From the NCBI GenBank assembly GCA_035250975.1, contig DATFEP010000006.1, positions 1 to 34,773 on the forward strand: DNA of 34,773 nt, given 5' to 3'. This stretch comes from Nitrososphaeraceae archaeon (GTDB taxonomy: Archaea; Thermoproteota; Nitrososphaeria; Nitrososphaerales; Nitrososphaeraceae). Positions 10,618-21,147 of this stretch are shown here, piece by piece; within the stretch, counting starts at the first letter, position 1, and the number at the start of each line of letters is the position of its first letter. Position numbers and translations under genes: made by a program. The notes beneath the pieces are model-generated. The model did no database searches, was not told the DNA's origin, and saw only the letters and a list, made by a program, of their open reading frames with translations.

Positions 10618-10639
10618 AATTTTTCGGCGCCGAAAAATT
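10618..10639. promoter_or_regulatory. Palindrome AATTTTTCGGCGCCGAAAAATT, copy 2
   Basis: Perfect 22-bp palindrome, intergenic between the zinc-ribbon ORF and the cyclase. Confidence 0.6.
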
Positions 10640-11421
10640 CCCGATATAGGTATAAAATAGGCTTAAAATAACTTTTTAACAAATCATTTTCAGTTTTTTG
10701 TATAAAGATATAATTGAAATTCTAATAATATATTTTTACGACCATTTCCTGATTTGTCAAATAATTATAAATAAACTCATACGTGTTGCAGAAGATGCTT
10801 TAATTCCTAATTTATTTGGAACTATGAAAAAATGACTGCCATATTCTATAGAGATATCATGTTACTTGGGTATAAGCAACTTTATTTTAACAATTATTCA
10901 ACTTGATAGACAAATTAACGGAATACAAGCATATGAGGGGCAAAAGGTCCAATTGAGGGATGTCTCGTATTCACAGGATAAAATAGAATTACCAGATAAA
11001 GAAAGTAATAAATATATACAATCAAATAACGATATTTGAATTTCAAAGGAAATAAGACTATAAATTTTCTCTGCAATAAGCAACTAAAAATGGATTATGG
11101 AGAGTATTTGGTTTTGTTATAAATAAAGATTGATCACATTTATGATTCACGAAATTCATGATGAATTAATGAGATATCTATAGTTTAGTGTCAAGGAATT
11201 TTGTACGGATAGAGGATACTACAGATATCGAATCTATATACCAAATCTTTTTTATAAATTAGTTTACAATATAATATTATGAGTAGTCTTACTATAGATA
11301 TAGTATTGTTAGGTTATAGTCATTTGGCAAATTATGTTTTTTCGAAAAATAACAAACATACATTTTTCGAATTAGTAGAAAGATATATTTTTTCAATTAA
11401 AGGAGGACATTCATATTAAAC

Positions 11422-12540
11422 ATGAGATTTTTTGGTTCGAAAGGAGTCAGATTTTCAGAGAACAGTATGAAATGTTGTATATGTTTTATTGATCTTGTAG
11501 ATTCAACAAAAAATACTTTAAAATTTAGTAATTCAAAGGATACCAGAGGATATTACTCGACATTTATTAACGCGATATATGAAATAGTAAAAAAGAATAA
11601 TGCAAAGGTTGTAAAAAATATTGGTGATTCATTACTATTTTATTTCCCCAATACATCCGATACAACAAATATTTCTAGTTTTGAGAAGGTTATAGAATGT
11701 GGTTTGGAAATATTGGAAAACCGAGAAAATATCAACCAGAAATTATCAAATGAAAACTTTCCACCATTCAATTATAGAATTAGTATAGATTATGGTGTGG
11801 TTGAATTAGCTTTATCTGGAGAGTACAATCAATTAGATATTTTTGGGTCGGCGGTAAATCTATGTGCCAAAATTAATGTTCTATCTAAACCAAATGAATT
11901 AGTAATAGGTGACAATTTCTATAGAATGCTAAAAGCCTATTCAACATTTTTTGAAAAGTATTACCTGTTTGATTTATCCGGAGAATTCAAGATACTAGAA
12001 GATGCTACATATTCTGGCTACGTCATTAAAAAGAAATTCATTGCAGATACGTTACCCAAAGGTCAAGATATCTCATATATCTCCAATGATAGAACTGCCT
12101 TTGCCGATTCTATTTCCCTAAATAAGGATCAAATTGAACAAGAGACAATGCGCAGAATCTATAATAATAAGAAAAAAATTATTCTAATAGATGATGACCC
12201 TGATGTCCTATACAGTTTAGAATTATTTTTGAGTGAATGTAAGTATAATGTTATTTCCTTTACAGATTGCAGATACGCTCTAGAATATATCAGATCAAAT
12301 CCATTCTATCACAATCTTTTGATAATATCAGATATTAGATTTAAAAAATTCAATGGCCTGCAACTTTATCTACAAATAAAAAGCATTGATCCAACTATAA
12401 AATTCCTTTTTATTACGGCCCTAGATATTGTAGATGAGGTAACATCTTTAGTGCCTGGATTGGATAAGAGTCACATAATTAGGAAACCTATAGAAAAAAA
12501 TATATTTGTAGATAAAATAAAGACACTACTACCTATCTAG
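11422..12540 (+). CDS. Class III adenylate/guanylate cyclase with C-terminal response-regulator receiver domain
   Basis: FIDLVDST and VKNIGDS (two metal-binding Asp, Lys specificity residue), RISIDYG, DIFGSAVNLCAKI. REC domain LIDDD...IISDI...FITA...RKP. Confidence 0.9.
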   Translation: MRFFGSKGVRFSENSMKCCICFIDLVDSTKNTLKFSNSKDTRGYYSTFINAIYEIVKKNNAKVVKNIGDSLLFYFPNTSDTTNISSFEKVIECGLEILENRENINQKLSNENFPPFNYRISIDYGVVELALSGEYNQLDIFGSAVNLCAKINVLSKPNELVIGDNFYRMLKAYSTFFEKYYLFDLSGEFKILEDATYSGYVIKKKFIADTLPKGQDISYISNDRTAFADSISLNKDQIEQETMRRIYNNKKKIILIDDDPDVLYSLELFLSECKYNVISFTDCRYALEYIRSNPFYHNLLIISDIRFKKFNGLQLYLQIKSIDPTIKFLFITALDIVDEVTSLVPGLDKSHIIRKPIEKNIFVDKIKTLLPI

Positions 12541-13423
12541 GATTACATCTACCTTTATTGAGGATGTATCTATTTCAAATTTATTTTTTAAAGATATAAA
12601 TTTTAGTCAATATCTATGGATCTGAAATATTTTCAGAGAATATATGGTTTATATGGTTCGTTTAATAAGGAAGTTGGGTCAGCTATCAATGTCATATTTC
12701 TAATATATGGTCATTATATTTGAAATAAAAAGACCATTAACTGTTGTTATTATGTTTTCCTTTGTTTATCTGTACCCCATGTTCAGGGTCTTCGAAATAT
12801 GTCCAAGACTTGTGATCTTTAGGGATAAGAGTACAGGTGATGATTGAAGTTCGAGAAGAGCCAGTTGAAAACAGTTGTTGTAGTTCACAGATCCATATTT
12901 TCTTATCTTTTTCCAATTTATTGTTAGGACATAGTCAAAACCTTCCCATTTATTTTTTATATCGTTATCAATGTCGATTAACATTCTATGAGTAGTATAA
13001 TTTACTTTAGGAGAAGCGGTAAAAAGTGAATTTAACGGATCAAAAAAATGTTAAATTTAGAATATTACCATTAATATAAAAAGTAACAGATTTTAAATCT
13101 AAAAAATTTTCTGTTGTAATATATTATTGCGTTAAATGATCGCAGGCATCATTAGAAGAATCTATAATTTCCTGAAGTACAAAAGGAGACAACAAACCAA
13201 AATCCAAAATAAGAGGCATTAGAAAATTGAATTAACAAAATAAAACAAGTATTAAAAGAAATTTTATATCCAGACTCTTGCTATTATTACAATGGGCAAG
13301 ATAATATAAAATTGTTCCAATAATATTTCATTTTTGTTCTTTTAAACAATAGAGAAAAAAGAAAATACTTTTTAAAATTTTAAATAAAACACTTTTTATA
13401 TAATAAGGCGCTCTTATATACCC

Positions 13424-14143
13424 ATGACAAGATTTGATTTTAGTTATTTCAATTTTTTATTTATCGCAGTGGTAGTATTCATACTTTTAAATTTCACTAA
13501 TATAATATCAGAATCAATCGCGTCTTTTGAGTCTTCTGAGGTTCTCAAAAATGTTGTAAAACCAGAATTAAAAATTAAAGAGCCAGAAATAATAATGGAC
13601 CAAAAATCAGAACTTGAAGCAGATAAAATGGATGATGAGGATCAGGGATATTTTGATGATAAAATTTTTGAGAGTGATGTTGAAAAGGATGTTGATGATG
13701 GAAAGGATGATGATGATGATGATGGAAAGGATGATGATGATGGAAAGCAAAACCAAAATCAGGGCCCAACACCTGGGGCTCCTCAACCTTTAATAGGACC
13801 TACTAGTGCAGGCCCAACAGCTGGCGCTCCTCAACCTTTAATAGGACCTGTTAATACAGCTCCAACAGCTATAGATAATCCAGATAAAATAACAACGGGA
13901 AAAGATAAACCAGTTGAGATAACATTAGCTGGCAGTGATGCAGACCAGGGTGATGAGTTAACAGCTGAAATTGATAAAGCACCTTTGAATGGAAATTTAA
14001 GTACTGTAAACCAGACAACAGGTAAAGTAACATATATTCCAAATCCTAATTTTGTAGGACAAGATGTCTTTACGTTCAAAGTTAAAGATAAACAAGGACA
14101 ATATAGTACTAATGTTGGTACTGTTAAGATCAATGTACAATAG
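13424..14143 (+). CDS. Secreted/surface protein: acidic linker, Pro-rich repeats and C-terminal Ig-like (Big_9/cadherin-like) domain
   Basis: N-terminal hydrophobic helix, DDGKDDDDDDGKDDDDGK, GPT(P/A)GAPQPLIGP x2, then NTAPTA...ITLAGSDADQGD...YIPNPNFVGQDVFTFKVKD. Confidence 0.85.
   Translation: MTRFDFSYFNFLFIAVVVFILLNFTNIISESIASFESSEVLKNVVKPELKIKEPEIIMDQKSELEADKMDDEDQGYFDDKIFESDVEKDVDDGKDDDDDDGKDDDDGKQNQNQGPTPGAPQPLIGPTSAGPTAGAPQPLIGPVNTAPTAIDNPDKITTGKDKPVEITLAGSDADQGDELTAEIDKAPLNGNLSTVNQTTGKVTYIPNPNFVGQDVFTFKVKDKQGQYSTNVGTVKINVQ
13692..13849 (+). repeat. GAT microsatellite units plus a 48-bp-period duplication inside the CDS
   Basis: gatgatggaaag/(gat)n repeated; ggcccaaca(c/g)ctgg(g/c)gctcctcaacctttaataggacct occurs twice. 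Confidence 0.85.
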
Positions 14144-14464
14144 ATCTTTTGTGCAATAAACAAGCTTACAACCATATTCCTCTTTTTTAGCAGTTAATTT
14201 CTAGATTGGCTAGAATATTCAAGAGTACCGAGAAAACATCCATTGTTCAGGTAATTTACTGGACAGGAATTATCAGAGTTTGATTTTATTTACACATAAA
14301 TAGAATCAAAATACCAACAACACAAGGTAAAACATCTATCTAAGAGAAAGAAGAGAAGAATAAAACCTGTAGATTTTATGATACAAATACATATGTATAT
14401 TTAATCTAATATTTACCAAAAATTAAGGGTGTAAAATACAATCATTAAAAAGGAAGAATATAAA

Positions 14465-15847
14465 TTATTCAAGATATATTTTACAAGCCTCGACTAGACC
14501 AGCTGAAACCTCACACATGACCTTTGTTGCTTGTTGATAAGTTGGTTGGAACATTTTAGCTGTTTCTATAGTGAACCCCCTTATGTCTCTGTTCGCACCA
14601 TTGTACCTTAAGCTATACATATAATCATCACAAGTACCAGATGTGGGATAAAGACCAAGACTTGGCTGCGCATGATAATCAGTTCCTTGTACTTCTGTAA
14701 TTGTATTTTTAATACGTCTTCCTGTACTTTCATACCATTCTAAATCTTTTTTATGTATATATTCTTTGTATATACTGTCTCCAGGAATTCCACGCTCTCC
14801 ATCATAATTAGGATTTCCAAAATTCATATCTGGGTCGTCAGTCTGACTGTCATCATCACCCCAAGGATAAAGTATAAGTTCTGAATATGAGTGAATATCA
14901 AATACACAGCTAATGTTTTTGTATTTGTTTATAATATGTAGAACATTCTTTGTTTCTCTTTCTGAAGATGGTTCTTTTCCCTTGTAAATTTCGGTAGCTG
15001 AATTTGTGCTTGTACCTATTCCACTATCCCAGAGGAAATCATAGTTTCTATTTAGATCCACACCTTTCTGTTCAAGCCCAGGATTAGGATTTCTATTCTT
15101 TCTCCACCATACATCTCCATTAGGTGCCTGTACAAATGATCTACCATCTGGATTTACCAATGGAAATATAAAAAGTTCTAGATTCTCTACTATTTGCTTT
15201 ATCTCTTCTGAGGTAAATGATTTTACTCCGAACGTTAATTGTGTATTTGTTGCATATGCCTGACATAAATTTAATGCAAGTTTTACTAGAAGGTCAGGAT
15301 TTAGGATTTCACGAGCATGCACTCCCCCGAGGAATAGTATTCCGTTCTTTGGAGTTGCGTTTTCTATACCTATTTTTATTGCCTTTGAGACATATCCCCC
15401 ATATGTCTTTTCTGGAAGAGATATTAATTGTACAATAGAGGGATACGATTTAGCCATATACTGTAACGCTGAATGTATTCCCTTTGAAGATAAATATCCT
15501 TTAAAAATTGGTGCTTTCTCTATTTTTTCTCTAAAACCTTCCTCTTCTTTTTCTTTTTTAACCGATTCACTCCATTCCTGAAAAGACATTGTCTCTTCTA
15601 TAGCAGGAGTTCGTTTGGGGGATTCTTTCTTTACTAGTACCCTGTAACCATTTTTTACCAATTTATCTACATCGTCTAATGTGATCAATCCCTCAATTGA
15701 GAATTTTTTATCGTTGGTAGGTTTTGCTGTGGCTTGAAATAAATCCAGCTCGAATTTCTGTAAATCCATTAATTGTTGTCTATCATTCGCTATAACTTGA
15801 ACAAAATATTTTGTTGTCATTAAATTTTGGTAGTTATACAAACTCAT
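14465..15847 (-). CDS. M14 zinc carboxypeptidase (carboxypeptidase T/A/B-like) with N-terminal pro-domain, paralogue 1
   Basis: HAREI (HxxE Zn ligands), WRKNR, DLNRNY, DIHSYS (third Zn ligand), YPTSGTCDDY and FTIE (catalytic Glu). No signal peptide. Confidence 0.93.
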   Translation of the reverse strand: MSLYNYQNLMTTKYFVQVIANDRQQLMDLQKFELDLFQATAKPTNDKKFSIEGLITLDDVDKLVKNGYRVLVKKESPKRTPAIEETMSFQEWSESVKKEKEEEGFREKIEKAPIFKGYLSSKGIHSALQYMAKSYPSIVQLISLPEKTYGGYVSKAIKIGIENATPKNGILFLGGVHAREILNPDLLVKLALNLCQAYATNTQLTFGVKSFTSEEIKQIVENLELFIFPLVNPDGRSFVQAPNGDVWWRKNRNPNPGLEQKGVDLNRNYDFLWDSGIGTSTNSATEIYKGKEPSSERETKNVLHIINKYKNISCVFDIHSYSELILYPWGDDDSQTDDPDMNFGNPNYDGERGIPGDSIYKEYIHKKDLEWYESTGRRIKNTITEVQGTDYHAQPSLGLYPTSGTCDDYMYSLRYNGANRDIRGFTIETAKMFQPTYQQATKVMCEVSAGLVEACKIYLE

Positions 15848-15959
15848 AAGAATTTTGGTTATCGTGTGAAATTAGCGTCAATATAAAAAGCCAATGCTCG
15901 CTAATATCAAAAACATATATATTCTGACAACATAAAAATATATATCTATTTTCTCGTCC

Positions 15960-16230
15960 TTGTCTACACTTTCATGGTCAATCTTAAAAATACATGAAAG
16001 TCTCTTCATTCATCATTTCAGAAAAACCTGACGAAAAGAGTCAATCAATATTTTAAAGATGGAATCGAATATTTTGATGACTATTATCCATTTATGCAAA
16101 GAAAAGATAATGAAGGCAATCTATTCATGTATATAACTGGATACAATTCTTTGTTTCTGTGTATAAGTCAAAAACAACAAATAATAATAATCATTTTGAA
16201 TGAAAGGAGTGATTAGTATTTGAATAATCT
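15960..16230 (+). mobile_element. IS6-family transposase C-terminal remnant (pseudogene)
   Basis: Broken reading HSSFQKNL.KRVNQYFKDGIEYFDDYYPF...HVYNWIQFFVSVY resembles the ERxxQYxKDRxExFDDYxPC C-terminus of archaeal IS6 transposases; frameshifted. Boundaries approximate. Confidence 0.7.
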
Positions 16231-16451
16231 ATAGTAAAAATAGCAATATTTTTTTGTAGCATATTAACTTATTGTTCATCAGAATAACATTGTATTATCC
16301 TAGAGATCTAAGGCATTATGTTTGATAAGAGGAATATAGTTGTAAGCCTGTCAATCCTCAGATCTAATTTTTAGTTACTATTATACAGATATATTATTCT
16401 GTCAAAAAATATGACCAAAGAACTTAAATATATTTGTGGATAGCACAAAAC

Positions 16452-16793
16452 ATGGAAAAAAAAGCGGGTAAAGAAGTTGTTGTGAAGGCAGAACAAGATC
16501 TTACTGCAGCCATAGGAAATGTTACATATTGGAGAGTTAGAGTAGGTCCTAGGGGAGGAGATGTAATATTCAAGATAACAGGCTTAAATTTTGCTACTCC
16601 AACGCCATTTTGTATCATATTTCAGAGTAGACAAAGTGAGAATATAGATAATGGATGGGCAGATCAATTTGCAATACAAATTATTGAGACTGCAAGAGAT
16701 TTTATACGTGTTAGGGTTAGAAGGATAGACAATCCATTCCATGGCAGTGGTTGGGGACAACAATTAAACCTAAATTTCATAGTGAGAGAATAG
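16452..16793 (+). CDS. Small beta-rich protein with DQF...VRRID...GWGQxL motif (possibly lectin-like)
   Basis: ATG at 16452 with cttaaatata about 25 bp upstream; alternating beta-strand pattern. The fold assignment is tentative. Confidence 0.7.
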   Translation: MEKKAGKEVVVKAEQDLTAAIGNVTYWRVRVGPRGGDVIFKITGLNFATPTPFCIIFQSRQSENIDNGWADQFAIQIIETARDFIRVRVRRIDNPFHGSGWGQQLNLNFIVRE

Positions 16794-17382
16794 ACTTAGT
16801 TATTCTTTATCTTGCAACTATCTTACCAATGCTAATCCGATAGAAAACCCACACACACTTTTTTTCTGCTTCAAAGAACTATTATATAAATTAGTTAACA
16901 GTTACGTGAACATATTCATTACTCCTATTACTAAAATATCAGTTATGTTTCTACAATTTTTTAGTCTCGACTCTAAAATGATTGCACATAGCAACGGAGA
17001 CTTTTTTAATCCTTTTATTTTCAAAATAGCAGAAAGCAGAACTAGCAATAAGAGATAAGAGATGTATTTGTCGACTATAACTAGACCACGATACATTCTG
17101 CCCTATGATATTTATCTCTATACAAGTTTATTTCTTGATCGAAATAACTACATCATATTGATTAGAAAAAGAGGAGAAGGTGATAAATATTGTTAATAAA
17201 AAATAGTATCTGCAAAATAATGGGACAGTCCGCTACGAATTAATGTTATTTAGTATACAGAATTCAAATAATAAGAAGATCCTCGTTTGTTTAAATACAA
17301 AATACTATTTTTTTAAATACATTCCTAAAAATCTATTTTCTATTATCACTATGTTTTTATATATACTTTTACACCTAAAATC

Positions 17383-18708
17383 ATGAAAAATTTTTCATTT
17401 TTTACATATATGGCAGGGGATAATAATCTCAGCGACTATGGAATGAGGGATATTGAAGAAATGCAAGTAAGTGGTTCTTCACCAAAAACAAATGTAATAG
17501 TAGAAATAGATCAAGAAGGTGATTTTGATGGTGTAATTAGATATGAAATATCTGAAAAGGACCCTCGGACAGGAAAAGCAGATCGTATTGTTAAAGAAAG
17601 AATTGGAGAGAAAGATAGCGGAGATCCAAAAACTCTTGTAGAATATTTAAAATGGGCAAGATCTTTGTATCCTGCAGAAAAATATTTTGTTGTCGTCTGG
17701 AATCATGGAAGTGGATTTAGGAACAGGCTAAGAGCACTTGCTAGAGGTATATCAATAAACGCAAATGGAACTGTGGTTAAAAATGAACAGGAGATAAAAG
17801 AATCTATTACTAGAAGTGGCAGGAGTACTCTATTTCATCATGATTATTCTCAGGAATTCTTACAAAGCTCTGTCAACCTACGTGCAATTGCATCTGATGA
17901 TATGACAGGAAATTCGTTGGACATGATAGAACTTAGAAGTGCACTAACCAAGGCAGGATTTTCTGGAGCAAAAAAAATAGAAGTATTGGGATTTGATGCC
18001 TGCTTGATGAATCTTTTGGAAGTTGCTTATGAAATGTCAAGTTGTGCAAACTTTCTAGTAGGTTCAGAAGAATTAGAACCAGGAGATGGATGGCCATATA
18101 ACACAGATACGCAGACACTTAATACGTATAATGGTAATACAAAACAATTAGTTACAAATTTTGTTAAAAATTATCATAAATATTATCAGTCACGTAGAAA
18201 TCAATGGCCTATCACTCAATCAGGAATAAATCTTGCAGAGATAGGATCTTTATCGGAAAGTCTTAATGGATTAGGAAAATCTTTATCAAATGTTCTGCCA
18301 GACTCTACCATGAAAATTTCAGATATTAGAGAGTCAGTTCAGGCTTATGCAATAGCAGAAGATTATGATGACTATGTAGATTTAGGAGACCTTGCAGATC
18401 TTTTTGTAAATAATATGGATGATGATGTCGTTATTTCTGCAGCAAAAAATGTTCAAAGAGATTTAAAAAAAGTAGTAATAGCTGAAGCACATTTGGGAGA
18501 AGAAGTAAAAAATTCTTACGGTCTAACTATATGGTTTCCCGAAACTGCACACAAATACCATGCACATAAGCTTGTCTATAATAAACTTTTGATGACAAAA
18601 AAATATCCAGAATGGACAAAATTTCTTGCAAAATATCATCCGGCTAAACCAAAAGGTAAAGAATTAAAACGTAGTAAAAAAGTAATAAATAGAAGAATAA
18701 AAAAATAG
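17383..18708 (+). CDS. Clostripain-family (C11, clan CD) cysteine peptidase
   Basis: YMAGDNNL, DSGDPKTL, YPAEKY, VWNHGSG (catalytic His), GFDACLM (catalytic Cys), EVAYE and GSEELEPGDGWPY. No signal peptide. Confidence 0.93.
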   Translation: MKNFSFFTYMAGDNNLSDYGMRDIEEMQVSGSSPKTNVIVEIDQEGDFDGVIRYEISEKDPRTGKADRIVKERIGEKDSGDPKTLVEYLKWARSLYPAEKYFVVVWNHGSGFRNRLRALARGISINANGTVVKNEQEIKESITRSGRSTLFHHDYSQEFLQSSVNLRAIASDDMTGNSLDMIELRSALTKAGFSGAKKIEVLGFDACLMNLLEVAYEMSSCANFLVGSEELEPGDGWPYNTDTQTLNTYNGNTKQLVTNFVKNYHKYYQSRRNQWPITQSGINLAEIGSLSESLNGLGKSLSNVLPDSTMKISDIRESVQAYAIAEDYDDYVDLGDLADLFVNNMDDDVVISAAKNVQRDLKKVVIAEAHLGEEVKNSYGLTIWFPETAHKYHAHKLVYNKLLMTKKYPEWTKFLAKYHPAKPKGKELKRSKKVINRRIKK

Positions 18709-18768
18709 AATCAAATCAATTTTTTATCTTGAAATACTAATATTCCATGACATATATATTGAATAACA

Positions 18769-19715
18769 TTAATTCACAGACTTTGTCAGACATGTCACCA
18801 TATCCTATCGAATCTTGTAGTTCAGTAATAATAAGAAATTGTATCTTTTAAAAAATCAAACACGGATAATAGGTATAAAGTATGATACTTACTTGTCTAC
18901 AGCACTCTACTACTGCATTAAGCGCTGGAGAACTAACAGAAGAATATTCGATCTTTACGGTATCTTTTTTACATTACATCAAGAAATCTTCTGCTAATTT
19001 TAGAGCATTGGGGTGTTCCTCTACCAACAAATATTACAAATTTGCTCGTACCTGTTTTATATAATAAACAAAATTATTGTTGTTAAATTTATCATATTGT
19101 TTGAATAATTGTTACCATCTAGAGATAGGCAGTCAGTAACTGTAACTACAGGTCCCTTGCATGCAGAAATCCATTTCTTTCGTCTAATCACATAATCATA
19201 TAAATAGGGATTAATTCTGTACTAGCAATGTCTAGTCTGATTTTAAACTGACTAGAATCAATTCTACTCTTTTTAAATCTTCTTTTTCTTGGTATAGGCA
19301 GTATTTACAAACCTTCCTTGCGGAGTTTTAGACTTGAATCCTCGTTTGTGTAATAGACGAGAGATATTACCTCATGATATCTCAGTGCTGTCTTTCTATA
19401 CATCATTCGTTATCTGTCTGAAACCCCCATCCTGCATTGCTATCTTCTAATAATTCCTGTCTTATTTGTTAGATTGTAACCTTTTATATGTCTGCAGGTT
19501 TACCACTTTGTTTTTTGTCTTCTAATCATTATAATCTATCATCATTATGTCTGTTGTACCTTTTGTTCCTTTTGTAACCCCAAGTTCTACACCTATGTAT
19601 TCTTTTGTTACATCTTCTTTGTATTATTTGTCTTCTACTACCCTCCTGACAATAAATATTCTTTCCTCTTACATCTGGATCTGATTCTTGTTTGGATGTC
19701 TTATCTAATATATAA
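18769..19715 (-). pseudogene. Near full-length, heavily decayed IS630-family transposase
   Basis: Minus-strand fragments: ESDPDV..RIFIVRRV, SGKP, RYHEV..RLLHKRGFKSKTP.GRFVNTA (winged HTH); YDYVIRRKKWI..KGPVVTVT; LSLDG.QLFKQYDKF; SPALNAVVEC (DDE_3 SPxxNxxE); many stops and frameshifts. Confidence 0.8.
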
Positions 19716-19788
19716 TGGAAATATAAGAGATATTAAACGAAAGTTAGCTAAAATGTGTCAGCGATCTTTGATTAGCCTATATATTAGA

Positions 19789-21147
19789 TCATTTTGATAA
19801 TTCCAGACATATTTCTACGAGACCTGTGGATACTTCAGACATAACCTTTGTTGCTTCAGAATAGCTAGGCTGAAATCTTGTTCCAGTTTCAATAGTATAT
19901 CCAAATATATCTCTTTTTACACCACTAAATTTCAGACTGTAAAGGAAATCATGACAAGTACCTGTCGTAGGATAAAGATTCATGCTTTGTATCACTTTGT
20001 AGTTCTTACCTCTTACAGAAGAAATTGCATTTTTTATTTTATTTCCCATAAATATGTACGAATCTGAGTCCTTTTTGTGTATGTATTCTCTATAGTCACT
20101 ATCTCCTAAATGTCCCCTAACACCATCATAAACTGGATTTAGAAAATTCATGTCAGGATCATGAGTCTGAGTCTCATCGTCTCCCCAAGGATACAGAATT
20201 AGTTCTGAATAAGAATGGATATCTAATACACAAATGATGTTATTGTATGTATTGACCAAATGTATAACATTCTTTGTTTCAGGTTCTGAATTAGGCGCAG
20301 TGCCTTTAAAAATCTCTGAAGAGGGATCCGCACTTGTTCCTATTCCACTATGCCAAAGAAAATCATAATTACGATTAAGATCTACTCCTTTGGCCGGAAG
20401 ACCTGGATTAGGATTTCTATTCTTTCTCCACCACACATCTCCTGTTGGTGATTGTACATATACTCTCCCATCAGGATTTGCCAATGGAAACACAAAAAGA
20501 TCTATGTTTTCTACTACTTGTTTTATGTTTTCAAAGGTAAATGATTTGCCTCCAAAGGTCAGCCCAGTCTTGGAATCAAAAGCTTTACATAAACTGAAAG
20601 CAAGTTTAACCAGTAAATCGGCATTCACAACCTCACGGGCGTGAACACCTCCAACCAATAGTATACCTTTTTTGGAAACATTATTTTTTGTACCTATTTT
20701 TATTGTTTTACAAATACGACCTTGATGTGTTTTTTTTGGTAGTGTTATTAATTCTGTGATAAGTGGAAAGTTTTTTGAAATATATCTTATGGCTGAATCA
20801 ATTCCTTCTGAACTCAAGTAACCAGTAAATGGTAGCATGGATGATGATAGCTCTGTAGTTCCTTCCCTACTTTCTACTTCAAAGCCCTTTTCAGCAATTT
20901 CAACCCAATTCCCAAAAGGCATTGATTCTTCAGTAGCAGGCGTTTTGGTCATAGCTTCCTTTTTCATAATAACTTTGAATCCATTTTCTACTAATTTGGA
21001 AACTTGATCTAAAGTAACTAGTCCCTCTATGCTGAACTCATTTTCAATAGATTTTACGGTAGGTGAGAATAAATCTAATTCAAATTTCTGTAATTGAACA
21101 AGTTGTTGTTTATTCGAAGCAATAATTTCTACAAAATACTTCTTCAT
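19789..21147 (-). CDS. M14 zinc carboxypeptidase with N-terminal pro-domain, paralogue 2
   Basis: HAREV, WRKNR, DLNRNY, DIHSYS, YPTTGTCHDF and YTIE; colinear with and clearly homologous to 14465-15847. No signal peptide. Confidence 0.93.
   Translation of the reverse strand: MKKYFVEIIASNKQQLVQLQKFELDLFSPTVKSIENEFSIEGLVTLDQVSKLVENGFKVIMKKEAMTKTPATEESMPFGNWVEIAEKGFEVESREGTTELSSSMLPFTGYLSSEGIDSAIRYISKNFPLITELITLPKKTHQGRICKTIKIGTKNNVSKKGILLVGGVHAREVVNADLLVKLAFSLCKAFDSKTGLTFGGKSFTFENIKQVVENIDLFVFPLANPDGRVYVQSPTGDVWWRKNRNPNPGLPAKGVDLNRNYDFLWHSGIGTSADPSSEIFKGTAPNSEPETKNVIHLVNTYNNIICVLDIHSYSELILYPWGDDETQTHDPDMNFLNPVYDGVRGHLGDSDYREYIHKKDSDSYIFMGNKIKNAISSVRGKNYKVIQSMNLYPTTGTCHDFLYSLKFSGVKRDIFGYTIETGTRFQPSYSEATKVMSEVSTGLVEICLELSK

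Noticed and set aside
10800-11100. 61-aa minus ORF and a short plus-strand open stretch
   Set aside because: No recognisable motif; possibly a decayed gene.
12766-12984. 72-aa ORF; an alternative frame has WTYFEDPEHGVQI (PsbP-like start)
   Set aside because: Fragmentary, with no continuous supportable CDS.
13575-13772. His-rich ORF (HHHHPFHHHHHH) suggesting a metal-binding peptide
   Set aside because: It is the antisense reading of the GAT (Asp) microsatellite in the 13424 gene.
18882-19064. 60-aa plus-strand ORF
   Set aside because: Antisense to the IS630 pseudogene.
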